DNA of 38,028 nucleotides from Tubiluchus corallicola (Eukaryota > Animalia > Priapulida). The notes beneath the pieces were generated by a model. It did no database searches. It worked only from the letters and a program-made list of their open reading frames with translations, and was not told the DNA's origin. Below, piece by piece: positions 12,393 to 23,562 of the stretch (positions are counted from its first letter, which is position 1; the number at the start of each line of letters is the position of its first letter). The translations under genes and the position numbers were made by a program. The DNA lies in the NCBI GenBank assembly GCA_030141605.1, contig JAQGDQ010001496.1, forward strand, positions 1-38,028, written 5' to 3'.

Positions 12393-12829
12393 CTTTACAT
12401 GAACAATCAGTACTGGCTTTATAGTTTGATATTAAGTTATGGCTATGGCTGCTGTCACGGTGTAAAGGTTTAAATTAACTCTGCGTAAATATTCAACTTT
12501 TTGCAAAAATTTTTTTTGAAATGTTTATAACTGATTCCCAATGCATAACCTGTGTAACTTTTGTTTAACTGCGTTTTGGTGAATAATGTCATATCTGATT
12601 TGTTTTATACATTTTAACCTTGTTATAACTCCACCATTTATAATGTCAACCTCACTTCATGTCGAATATCTAGCAGAACGCAGTGTCTATATTTGCATGG
12701 CTTTTGCTGCAATCCAAAGTAGGTGGTACAAAGAGGTTGTTAGACTATATATTAGGATTTAGTGTGATTTTTTACTTTGGTTATGCCTCAAGTGTGAAAG
12801 TGAAGACTGTACCGTAAGATTTTCTAAAC

Positions 12830-13000
12830 TATTTAGTGATCAACTTGTTAACCCTTGTTAGCTTATTGCACCCCTTTAATGGCACTCTGATTTGCACTCT
12901 GATAAATGTGGCTCTTTTCTTGAGGCCAAATTTTTTGAAATAATGTCTCTCTTTATAAATGATGACGGTCTTGAACCCTTTTATGTACGTCAGCTCTGAT
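12830..13000 (-). mobile_element. Possible decayed Penelope-like (GIY-YIG C-terminal) fragment
   Basis: FKTVIIYKERHYFKK...ATFIRVQ loosely resembles the IL.KE..WF.R..KEAI.I end of Penelope endonucleases. Confidence 0.3.
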
Positions 13001-13079
13001 AGATAGGTATTTTGAATACTACAGACACAGTATGCAATGCACACTGATCAGAGAATGACAGCTTGGCAAACCGCGTGTT

Positions 13080-13330
13080 TGATTGAACTATGAACTATGA
13101 ATTTTATTCCACACATCAAAATACAATATTATATACATAAATAAACAATAAATAATGATTTGAGTAGTGTGAGGTGAGTGTACGACCATACGGTCATTAA
13201 CACACTCACCTTACTTAAATGCTTTTTTCGATGACTCAATGAAAAAGGAAACATTAGAAAAACATAATATGTAATTACGATTTTGATATGAATATTGAAA
13301 TAATTTTGAAATAAACTAATGACTAATAAG
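13080..13330 (-). mobile_element. L2/CR1-group LINE 3' end remnant
   Basis: Stem-loop 13172-13211, then on the minus strand an AT-rich stretch, AATAAA and a (TTCATAG)2 tail. Confidence 0.5.
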
Positions 13331-13417
13331 TTTAACTGCCTGGCTGGCTAGCAGGTTGCCTGCTGGACTGTCAAGTACGAAAGCTCTGTTTTCATTTCAC
13401 TTGATTGTTTTTTGCAG

Positions 13418-13541
13418 GAGTCGACTCCCGGACAACAGAACTCAAGGGCAGGTACCGTAAACGACTATAAAAAAGCTTTAGCACGAAGCGAGTCAACGTC
13501 AAGCTCTGAACAGAATAGGACCTCCAAGAATGACAAATCAG
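13418..13541 (+). CDS. TTLL gene C-terminal-region exon
   Basis: gttttttgcag| and g|gtgcca, phase 0 to 1, open (ESTPGQQ...KNDKS); phase matches next exon. Confidence 0.72.
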
Positions 13542-14608
13542 GTGCCAATAACAATTTTGTTCAATTCAATTGAGGTTTAGTTGTCTTGTGCAATTCAAAA
13601 AAACTTTTTGATGATTTATGCTAATATGTTGGATAAAAGCTGTCGTAATTTTTTTTTCATATAATAGTTTGAGTAGTGAGATGCCACTGTCTTTCAGTTT
13701 TATTTAAATGTTTTTTTTTCTGTTTTTGTGCATGAAAAATGCTATTCTGAGAATTCTATTGGTTACAAATTACAAAGCACTAAGCTGTTGAGGGTTTTAA
13801 GTTTACACGCCAGTACAGTGTCAGTTTTTCAGTTAATTTTAATGTCTAGTTTACAAACTGTAGAGTTTTTAAAAAATCGTTTTACGTCTTTTTTTGGTTT
13901 TAACAAACTTTGCACCAGCTTTACACTGTATGAACGGCATGGATTTTCTGCATTATTTTAGTTGCTTCAGTTATTTATTATTAATAGAATTCTATTATTC
14001 CAGCTTTTTTTATAAAAATTGCTGTAGATTTAAATGTTAAAAAATCCAAGACGAAGTGTATTTCTCTTTGATCTAAAAGCGTCCATTTATAAGAATGTCA
14101 GTTTAAATAATGTCAGTCAATGATTTCAATTATAATTGGTATGGAATTATCCGAAAACTATCCGTATCCGTATGCCATTAACCGTATGGTATTATACTTG
14201 CTGAAGTTTGAAGTGCTAATAAAATATTGTTCATTAAGTAACAGAATGCATGTAGTACATTTATCTCTATGTTTATCTCTTGTACCAAAATTTGATTGAT
14301 TTATGCATTAAAGTTGCACCAGTTTGCTAAATATTCAACAATAATTTAAATAATAATTTAATTTAAATTTTAATTTAAACAGGTTATTAAATTGCTTATA
14401 GTGAGCTATTTAACAAATTGATGTCATCCTTGCTAAGTTGCTACATTAAGAATTAGACAACTGCATACAGTGTATGTCATGTTCTTTGGCTTTTACGATT
14501 GTTTCTTTACTTTTATTTCACAACGATGGCATAACTTTTCTCTTCAGCACATAGACGCAAAAAAACTACAGATTTTTGAACTTTTTCGATGATCTGTTTC
14601 CATCCTAG

Positions 14609-14895
14609 GGACGAACTCAAGGCCATGTGATATCTTCATAGCAGGCCAGAAAGCAAGAGCTGCGAAACTTTATAAAGAAGACATGCTTCTCCGGACCAGT
14701 ATTTACTCCATGTACTCCATGCCGGCCTCCGGACAGAAAACCGGAAGTGCTCCTGCCAAAAAGCCGCCTCCACGAGAAGTTATTGAGAAGGAGAGCATCC
14801 GCTCTTGTGTTGGCACACCTGTAATTCTCTCATTAAAACCAGAAAATTGTCAAATTAGAGGTCAAAGAAAACCTATTTATCAGGTGAAGCGGTAG
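14609..14895 (+). CDS. TTLL gene probable terminal coding exon
   Basis: catcctag| phase 1, open to TAG at 14893-14895; AATAAA follows at 15014 and 15167. A possible donor cag|gtgaag at 14884 is not excluded. Confidence 0.72.
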
Positions 14896-15013
14896 CAAGT
14901 TTTAAATGCATAGAGGTTGAAGTCAAAGTTCTTCAGAGAATTTGACTCAAAATTTGTGATACGTGTCCTGCTTGTTTTTGTTATAGTTTAAAATTTTATG
15001 TATCATTTTTGGA

Positions 15014-15172
15014 AATAAAAAGCACATTGTTATGTTGATTGTTTACACTAAATCTGTTTCTTTGTTTATAAAAATATTGTACAGTACTCCTAAGGTCAAC
15101 CATACTGTGAATTATTTCATTTATTTATATATTTTATTTTTCGTTGAATGAGTTTTTCATAATTTTAATAAA
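15014..15172 (+). terminator. Candidate polyadenylation signals of the TTLL gene
   Basis: AATAAA at 15014-15019 and 15167-15172; the first is followed by GT-rich sequence. Confidence 0.5.
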
Positions 15173-15280
15173 GAAACTAAAACATGAAAACTACACGTGT
15201 AGTTTCCAAAAATATTACTTTAACTGAAGCGCAAAGGCCATGAATGTTCACGAAATTAATTTTCTTTTATTAACTATATT

Positions 15281-15420
15281 TGCCGCTAACAGAGGGCAGC
15301 ACGATAACGAAAGCACGTGCAAGAATGTGAGGTATCTTATAAGCCGGCAGCGTAGTAGACGATCTTCGTTAACTAAATTTCTTATTAATTTTACTCCGCG
15401 AAGTGTGTGGTCCTGTGAGG
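15281..15420 (+). promoter_or_regulatory. Probable promoter/5' UTR of the PAH-like gene
   Basis: CpG-containing patch before ATG 15421; CTCF-like AACAGAGGGCAGC (15288-15300) and E-box GCACGTGC (15313-15320). Confidence 0.4.
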
Positions 15421-15511
15421 ATGGAACAATCTGCAGAAGGTCGTACAGCTCCCGCAGTGAAGCACTTAGAAAACGAGTTACTAGCGTTATTATGCAAAGA
15501 AGTTTCGCCAG
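15421..15511 (+). CDS. PAH-like domain protein, coding exon 1
   Basis: aggATGG context; MEQSAEGRTAPAVKHLENELLALLCKEVSP; g|gtatcc phase 1 matches next exon. Confidence 0.7.
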
Positions 15512-15823
15512 GTATCCAGATTTGCTAAAATTAGGAACCTACCTACGTAGTTCATCAATAATTAAAGTACAAAAACACGTACTTAGGCGTCTCACCTTAT
15601 TTTATTCATACTCCTTTTCGTGTTTGGAGTGTTTCGTTAGTTTCCTGATTTTTTTTTAAATTTAGCAGTTTTATAATACCGTGCCTCTTTCTAAGCGGTC
15701 ATACAGCATTAATTTTTTGATGCAGTACCATGTTCCATCTCAAAATTTTTGTAGCAGACAAAAAATAAATTATAATGATAAGTTCAAAGACAAGTGGAAG
15801 AAATATGTCATTGATTTTTTATA

Positions 15824-16298
15824 CTGTCAACCTAGGGTATAAGGTACTCGCTTATAAGGCACATTCGCTTATAAGTGACCGTCAACAACGGTCCCGATTT
15901 TTCGTAACGGTTTTCCTTATAAAAATCTCCGTATATAAGGTACTCGGATATACAGGACTTTCACTTATAAGGGACGATATCTTCAGGTCCCGCGTAATGG
16001 AAACCCAGGTAAATTACCTTGCATATAAGGGACCCTATGATCAAATATATTTTACATAAATGCATATGCTGCGACCCTGCGCGGGCCCGGTTGCATTCCC
16101 TTGGGCTCTTGTGGTTGAATAAATTTTATAAAAGAAAAAGTTGCTCAAGCGAAATCGATGATTTTTAATCTCAATTTTTCGCAAACTTGGCCTTCAAACA
16201 GCTCGGTTTCCGCCACTCAACTTCGGTTATAAGGGACATTGGATATAAAGGAGGATTTTTTCTGGTCCGGAGGTGTCCATTATATCCGAGGTTGACTG
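15824..16298. mobile_element. Tc1/mariner superfamily (pogo/Tigger-like) MITE
   Basis: TA|CTGTCAACCTAGGGTATAA ... TTATATCCGAGGTTGACTG|TA imperfect TIRs with TA TSD; internal TATAAGG repeats. Confidence 0.85.
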
Positions 16299-16612
16299 TA
16301 TTTCAAAAGTAAGACAACAATTACAGTTTCCAATAATTAAATTTATACAATCGATAGTCAATGATGAGCCAGTTTTTGTTTACATTAAAATTTATTTGTG
16401 CACAGCTATAAGAAAATGAATTTAAATAAGTTTTTTATATAAGTTAGATCACATAAGGGACATTGTAATAAAAGTATACTTCAGTTTATTATCACTGAAT
16501 ATTAACGTGAGTAAAGCTGTTTCATCCAGCAAGACGAACATCATATTCACACCAGTCAGATTCGTACACCCACAATGAACTTCTCCACTCATTCTTATGT
16601 TCATTTTTTAAG

Positions 16613-16773
16613 AGTTTGACGTAGAACACATTGACATAATTCCTTTTGTGACCATACTCAATCTAATCAAGGAGGAACTACGAGAACGCGCACCTGAGAT
16701 TTACCTGTCTGTAATCTCTTTCTTACATCAGTATGATCCAGCAGCTGATACTGCGCATGAGCAGTACAACAAG
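16613..16773 (+). CDS. PAH-like domain protein, exon 2 (helices 1-2)
   Basis: tttttaag| and aag|gtatcc, phase 1 to 0; FVTILNLIKEELRERAPEIYLSVISFLHQY. Confidence 0.78.
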
Positions 16774-17000
16774 GTATCCTTGTATTTTACGTAGAAAATG
16801 TTATAAACGTGAATTTATGTTCACTTATGTACTATTTATAAGTAGTTATTGTATGTTCCAATTTCATCATGAAATGCTTATACATGTAACAGTGCAAAAT
16901 TTCTGTTAATGTAAGACATGTGTCCTCAACACCAACAAACACAGTGCTCAGTTAGCCTATCAGTCACGAGGTATTCTTGCTTTTGCTATGGCATCTACTA

Positions 17001-17060
17001 CTCAAATTAAGCAACGCGAAGCTCGGTCAGTAAATGGATGAGTGACGTGCCAGGAAAACT
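17001..17060 (+). mobile_element. Decayed 5S rRNA-derived (SINE-like) fragment
   Basis: AATTAAGCAACG..GCTCGGTCAGTAAATGGATGAGTGAC resembles 5S AGTTAAGCA...GGTTAGTACTTGGATGGG.GAC. Confidence 0.55.
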
Positions 17061-17112
17061 ATTTCTTTGAGATTTCATGCACTATACTACCTTCGATAAA
17101 CTTTACTTTGTC

Positions 17113-17416
17113 GAGGAATGAGCTGTCCCACACTCTCAACTCCGAACAAAGCTAGTATATTTCTGCTAGGTTCGGCATCTCATCTTTGAGGAATGAGCTG
17201 TCCCACGCGCTTGCAACTCTGAACAAAGCTAGTATATTTCTGCTAGGTTCGGCATCTCATCTTTGAGGAATGAGCTGTCCCATTCACTTTCAACTCCGAA
17301 CAAAGCTAGTATATTTCTGTTAGGTTCGGCATCTCATCTTCGAGGAATGAGCTGTCCCACGCGTTTCAACTCTGAACAAAGCTAGTATATTTCTGTTAGG
17401 TACGGCATCTCATCTT
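17113..17416. repeat. 75-77 bp tandem repeat, 4 units
   Basis: GAGGAATGAGCTGTCCCA at 17113, 17188, 17265, 17342. Confidence 0.95.
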
Positions 17417-18197
17417 AGAGATTTCATTTGTTAATGAACTAGGTTCCAGTCTCACCACAACTGTCTGCTCTTCAATGCCAGATTCCAGCTGCAGGGGGCG
17501 TTATGGTATTTATAAAAGCAAAGCATTACATATGACTGCAGTTTATCATTCGTGTTTGGTTAGTAAGTACCAATATGTCTGCTCTTTCTCTCCTTCCCTT
17601 GCAGAAGTGTCCAGCGGCAGCCCTCTGTTGTGTTAAGCTTTTCGATTCAGTTCTTGTCCTGCCCAGCTCTTGCACCCGTGACCTGGGTAACCTTTTTGAC
17701 TTTTCTGTTAACCTTCTGTGACCTTCCTAAGCTGTGATGGTGCTGCCCCTAGTTTTCACTTTTAGTTTGTAGCCCTTTTTTCTTGTTCTGTCCAGTCCAG
17801 TCTAACTTTGCAACCACTGCCCGCCCCCCTCTATCTTGTCAGCTGCATCCCATAATATTCCTGTTGATTTGTGATTATATTGTAAATTTTAAAAATGCTT
17901 TTAAGCAAATTTTGTATTTAATAACTTCGGTATTTTTAGTGTAGTTTTTAGTCATTGTAAATTTTAATTGTATGTTTTATGGCTTTTTATTTTGAAATTA
18001 ATAGAATCAATTAACAAATCTGTCTGGTTCTTAAGTAGAATTTACATTTTTTACCCACCATCTTTTGTCATTCGAGTTCAGTGCTGTTTAACTTTTGCTT
18101 TGTATCTCATTTCTTGGTTGATTTAATTAGACATTTTCTAGACATAAATTGTTGTAAAATAGTTTTTCCTGATTGTTATTGTAAATACTGCTCTGAG

Positions 18198-18630
18198 CAG
18201 GGCCGGAACTAGATATGGCAAGCAGGGGGGGGGGGGGCAAAAATTTTCTGGGGGAGTGAGGTATCCGAAGTGGTTAAATAATGGTTAAGCCAATTTTAAC
18301 CCCTTTTATACTGCATGCAGGCCTATAATTAGCATGTGTGTAGGACGGCGTAGCGGACAGAGCAACAATGAGAAAATTAACTCTCAGTTAACTTAACGTT
18401 ATTAATGTGCCTCTAACTAAATTGTTATTTACAGAAATTTATCACACACGAGTTTTAACAAAATAATACATTGAAGCTACCAAACATTTTTTACCTAATT
18501 CTAATTCATATTGAAAATGATTACATGCGAACTGCAATTTTCACTGCAAAAAAATTATTTGTCCGATTTTGCAGGGGCGCAAATTTTGAGAAGGGGGGCG
18601 CCCCCCTCGCCCCCCCTAGTTCTGCCCCTG
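18198..18630 (+). mobile_element. Non-autonomous hAT MITE, family C
   Basis: TIR CAGGGCCGGAACTAG / CTAGTTCTGCCCCTG; perfect 8-bp TSD gctctgag. Confidence 0.92.
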
Positions 18631-18685
18631 GCTCTGAGTAGGATCTCTGTTACACATGTAGGCTGTAGTTTACTCGTTTTTTCAG

Positions 18686-18834
18686 TTGCTGGCTAATCTT
18701 AGGATAATGTTGAATTCTTGTCCGATGCTTTGCGAAGCTCTAATCACATTGATACCTGATCCATTGCCGACTAGGACGGTTTTGCAGCAGCTTCATCGCT
18801 TACCTGCCGTGCCCCAAGGTTTTTTCTTCAACAG
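18686..18834 (+). CDS. PAH-like domain protein, exon 3 (helices 3-4)
   Basis: gttttttcag| and ag|gtaagc; only phase 0 is open; LLANLRIMLNSCPMLCEALITLIP completes the PAH pattern. Confidence 0.78.
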
Positions 18835-19069
18835 GTAAGCAAGGTCATCAGACAAAGTTGTTAAGTTTTGTATTACCTGTAATAATGTAATATCAATTTA
18901 TTTTGTACAGGTTAGAGAGGTACATTCCAGACATTGCACTTTCTGTCTAAAACCAGGAGTTAGACACACAAAACACAAATGTACACAGTAAAACACAAAC
19001 AAAACATGTAGTCTTATATGCACTATATAAATGCATATGCAGAAGATGTCTGCTAGTCTGAAAGTAATA

Positions 19070-19190
19070 TACATGTAATAATAATAATATATATATAACA
19101 GTAATAGTAATAATATTAATATATATAACAGTAATAGTAATAATAGTAATATATATAACAGTAATAGTAATAATAGTAATAATATATATA
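19070..19190. repeat. AT-rich simple repeat (GTAATA / ATATA)
   Basis: Three approximately 30-bp units of ATATATAACAGTAATAGTAATAATA. Confidence 0.8.
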
Positions 19191-19634
19191 CAACAGGCTG
19201 GTGTAATATACATTATAATATAGTACAAAATTAAGGTCAAATTTCATGATAAAATAATTCAATACATTGTTAAAAACATTAATGCAATAGTAGATTTGGC
19301 AATCTCTTGTAACAGCATAAAAGCTTGAATACAAAAAATGGAAAACTAATTACCTTGGGACAGACAGCGTTTTTATTAATTTGACGGCTTGGTTCATGTT
19401 ATCTATCTAGATTGTTTGAGTAGCAGGTTTGTTTGAGATTTTTGGCTTGGAGACTCTTTATATCTGGTTGTTCTAATCTTTCCATGTATGTCTACATAAC
19501 TATTATTCAAGCATAATGTTTCACCACTATAATTGCCCTGTACTACTGCTCAGAAAATTCTTGTTACAGAAATCTTGTATGACTTGAGAAAATAAAACAA
19601 ATAATAATAATAATAATAATAACCACTGAACCTT

Positions 19635-19900
<266 letters not shown>

Positions 19901-20451
19901 TTCTATGCAATTTCTGCGCGTGTTTGTTATCCGCTTTTATAATGCAACTAAGATGAAAGAGGAGGCAAGGCAAAGAGAGAGCTAATTGGCCGTAACGAGG
20001 GGGATCTCTCGTTTTGCGATCTATGTATTGACTGCTCTGCATATACTAGCAGGTGTAATTACAGTACAGTAAAATTAAAGTACATTATAATAGTATAAAT
20101 TCCTGTACATTTACTGTTTTGATACTAAATTTGTATTGTAAAACAATTAATTAAAGTCAAATTACCGGTAAACTCTCCCTACAATATAAGCTTTTACAAC
20201 TTGAAATCTCACTGTCATTACGAATATTCAATTTATCTTTTACTTGCTGTAAAACATGTTTATGTTAATTTGTTATCACTTCGTTGTTAGCGGTATTAAA
20301 TTTAAAGAACCGTTGTTTTTCGTTGCGCGAGTAATGACGTAATGAGTACAGTCACGAGGTCACCAAAGATTGGTAAACAAACATCGGAAACCAAGGACGC
20401 TTTCTGCACATCGTACGTCATTCTCGCTCACTCGCACTGAAGACGCGAAAC

Positions 20452-20477
20452 ATGGCGATCTTTATGGCAGTGCACGC
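20452..20477 (+). CDS. Candidate alternative first coding exon (MAIFMAVH) of the PAH-like gene
   Basis: aaacATGG Kozak context, gc|gtaaga donor in phase 2 matching exon 21068; CpG-rich upstream with CRE-like motifs. Confidence 0.5.
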
Positions 20478-20493
20478 GTAAGAAATTCATCAG

Positions 20494-20902
20494 CAGGCGC
20501 GGAACTAGGGGGGAGCGAGGGGGGCGCCCCCCTGCCAAATCGGACAAATAATTTTTTTTGCAGTGAAAATTGCAGTTCGCATGTAATCATTTTCAATATG
20601 AATTGGAATTACGTAGAAAAATGTTTGGTAGCTTCAGTGTATTATTTTCTTAAAACTTGTGTGTGATAAATTTCAGTAAATAAGAATTTAGTTAGAGGCA
20701 CATTAATAATGTTAGGTTAACTGAGAGTTCATTTTCTCATTATTGCTCTGTCCGCTACGCCGTCCTACACACGCTAATTATAGGCCTGCATGCAGTATAA
20801 AAGGGGTTAAAATTGGCTTAACAATTATTTAACCACTTCGGATACCTCGCCCCCCAGAAAATTTTTGCTCCCCCCTGCTTGCCACATCTATTCCCAGCCC
20901 TG
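20494..20902 (-). mobile_element. hAT MITE family C, inverted relative to the 18198 copy
   Basis: CAGGCGCGGAACTAG ... CTATTCCCAGCCCTG; perfect TSD ttcatcag; body is the reverse complement of 18198-18630. Confidence 0.92.
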
Positions 20903-21067
20903 TTCATCAGAAAAAGCAAGTTATTTATTTATAAGTTTCTTGTGTTTAATAATAACTGTAAATTCTTGTGTAATCATAATAATGCATTAAAAAATCTTCA
21001 GTCTCTATTGGAGTTATATGGACCTTTAAACTTTATGGAGAATAATGTTGACAATTTTCAATATCAG

Positions 21068-21203
21068 ACATGGAGCTCCGGCACATCACCAACAGCAACA
21101 GCAACAGCAACAACAACCCGTGTTGTACGTCTCCTCAGAAACGGGCACCGGAAAGACTCGCATATTTAGAACAATTGCCCCGTCCTGGCCTGCTACGTCA
21201 CAG
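21068..21203 (+). CDS. PAH-like domain protein, exon 4 (Q9 tract)
   Basis: atatcag| and cag|gtgctt, phase 2 to 0; HGAPAHHQQQQQQQQQPVLYVSSETGTGKTRIFRTIAPSWPATSQ. Confidence 0.72.
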
Positions 21204-21256
21204 GTGCTTAATTTTTTTACATAAACGTAATTTCATATAAATACATTGTTGCTTAA

Positions 21257-21699
21257 CCCTTTCAGTCCCAAATTATTTTTTTAATTAAAAAAAAAATTTT
21301 GTCTTGGTACTTTTGTTCAGTATGTCCATCTTGTTTACACAATTACCTGTGCCCGCGTGCTAAATATAGCCTGTATCCCACGGGATACATTGGGATTCAA
21401 TGGAAGCATAAAATGTGCTTCATTTTGCAACTGCTGATAATTTTTTACAGTATTTAAGACATTTAGTATGCATGCTATGCTGATCTGTACAAAGTCGTCT
21501 CTAAAGTACTGTACCTTGCGCAGTTTTTATGCTATGTAGATTTTCTAGTTTGCCATTCTATCACCATTTTAGTCTATTGTTATTGGCTTAAATCAAAATA
21601 ACAATTAACAGATCAAATAACTGTCAGTTTTAAAATTTTATTAATTTTAAAGGCAGAAAATATTCTTGTATCCCACGGGATACAATGGGTATGAAAGGG
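21257..21699. mobile_element. piggyBac-type MITE
   Basis: TTAA|CCCTTTCAGTCCCA ... TGGGTATGAAAGGG|TTAA. Confidence 0.88.
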
Positions 21700-22148
21700 T
21701 TAATGTGCCAAGTTAATCTTGCAAGTGTCTATTAAACGTTTCTTGTGTAGATTGTTCTTCCCTAATTCTGGCCTGTGGGCTGCTGCATCTTGTACTTGTT
21801 TAAATTTGTGTGGGTCAGATAGGATCAGATAATTTGGCCTGTATGTTCGTCTGTTACCCTGCTCTGCATTGCTGTCCCATGTCCTTTGACAAAGTTTAAT
21901 TTAACACTGATTGATGGCTGAAATGGAAATTCATCGGATGAATATAAATTTGGAACTTAATTTTAGAGCATTTTTCTTTGCAAACAAATTAATAAATGTG
22001 CTGCATTTTCACTTCTTGATTAATTAATTATCTCAGATGCAGAGATATCGCCTAAAGTAGTTTCTTGCTGTCTTTTGCACAAGTACAGGTTGTTCCAAAA
22101 GAAATAGCTTAATAGAAATATGCTGATGGGTTAAATGACACTGATCAT

Positions 22149-22583
22149 CATCATCTTCTTCTTCTTCCCAGCTTTTCCCTATGCGGGGTCGCCGTTGTGA
22201 ATGAGTCTCTCTTCATTTATGTCTTCCCTTCCCACATGATCTTCACCGACTCTTCTTTTCAGGTGTCCATACCATCACAATCTTGTGAGGCTTCCACTAC
22301 TTTTACTGTTCCTCTGATATTATTATTTCTAATTTTATCTCTTCTTGTTATTCCCACCATCCATCTCAACATCCTCATCTCCACCACACCCATTTTCTTC
22401 TCTTCGGTCTTCTTTAGAGAAGCTGCTTCCAGCCCATAGATTAGAGCGGGTCTGACCACTTCTTTGTTGACTTTCCCTTTAAGTTTCACCGACTCATTCA
22501 TAGAAGGTTTAGGCGCAGTTTTTACAAGTGGATGCCCTTCCTGACCCTAACCCTCTCTATTTATCCGGGCTTGGGACCGGCAC
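22149..22583 (-). mobile_element. RTE-clade non-autonomous retroelement (internally deleted), 16-bp TSD
   Basis: VVRPALIYGLE...EMRMLRWMVGITRRDKIRN and frameshifted WYGHLKRR are the RTE ORF C-terminus; (GAA)n(GAT)n tail; TSD aaatgacactgatcat at 22133-22148 and 22584-22599. Confidence 0.9.
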
Positions 22584-22876
22584 AAATGACACTGATCATA
22601 TCATTGAGAAATGAGCTAAAAGCACCCAATGAGAGTAAATATTGCAATTATTTTTGGAAAAGTAGTTAGCATTTAGTACAACTCACTTACAGGGCATTGT
22701 GTAATGTATGACTGCTGTGCTGATGATATTTGTTAGTGCAGTGTTTCTTGTTGGACATCCTGTACAAGTGAACACCTTGTACAAAATGTTCTTAATGTGC
22801 ATTTATGTGCAGATATATGATGATATCCATGTTTGTTTGAAGCAAAATTATAAACAAATTACTGATTGTTCTATAG

Positions 22877-22963
22877 ATGCACGGTGTAGTGCCTTCCACT
22901 CAGCCGTTACTAGTAGTGCGTCCAAATGCGGGGACCTCAACAACAACCTCCACGATATCTCAG
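22877..22963 (+). CDS. PAH-like domain protein, exon 5
   Basis: ttctatag| and cag|gtaata, phase 0 to 0; MHGVVPSTQPLLVVRPNAGTSTTTSTISQ. Confidence 0.72.
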
Positions 22964-22999
22964 GTAATACTGATGTAATGTATCAGACTTTGCCTCTTT

Positions 23000-23082
23000 T
23001 GTGTGTGTGTGTGTGCGTGTGTGTGTGTGTGTGCGTGCGTGCGCGCGTGTGTGTGTGCATGTGTGTGCATGTGTGTTTGTGT
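23000..23082. repeat. (TG)n/(CG) microsatellite
   Basis: Direct reading. Confidence 0.9.
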
Positions 23083-23218
23083 TCTGTTCTCTAGCCTTTT
23101 TGGAATGCCCGAATTTTTTTTTAACGATTTTTTAATGTAGGTGCAATACTTCTCTAGTTGACATTTCGTGCCATATCGGTACATGATGATGATGCCTATC
23201 AGAAATAAGGAAGTATGC

Positions 23219-23336
23219 CTGGGCCGGCCTTAGGTAATTGGAGGCCCTAGGCGAAGTGAATTTGGTGGCCCCAAATGAAATAGAAAAATGAAATTACGCA
23301 ATTTACCAGGGACAGAGAGAGAGAGAGAGAGAGAGA

Positions 23337-23408
<72 letters not shown>

Positions 23409-23433
23409 AGACAGAGAGAGGGAGACAGAGAGG

Positions 23434-23504
<71 letters not shown>

Positions 23505-23562
23505 CAGTATGTTTGCATAAAGCAAAAAAATGTTACCTCGGCGTGAGGCCCCCTGGAGTGGT
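23219..23562 (-). mobile_element. hAT MITE family B, inverted, truncated at one end, with (GA)n
   Basis: Reverse complement of the 7661 and 23774 copies; (GA)n about 23311-23501. Confidence 0.82.

Noticed and set aside
15240-15659. 139-aa ORF
   Set aside because: Overlaps the better-supported exon 15421-15511 in another frame; no recognisable motif
17001-17060. Functional 5S rRNA genes (also 2991-3070)
   Set aside because: Partial, heavily diverged and lacking the 5' domain
21070-21203. Alternative frame MELRHITNSNSNSNNN... starting in exon 4
   Set aside because: Ends in phase 2 and meets TAG within four codons of the next exon
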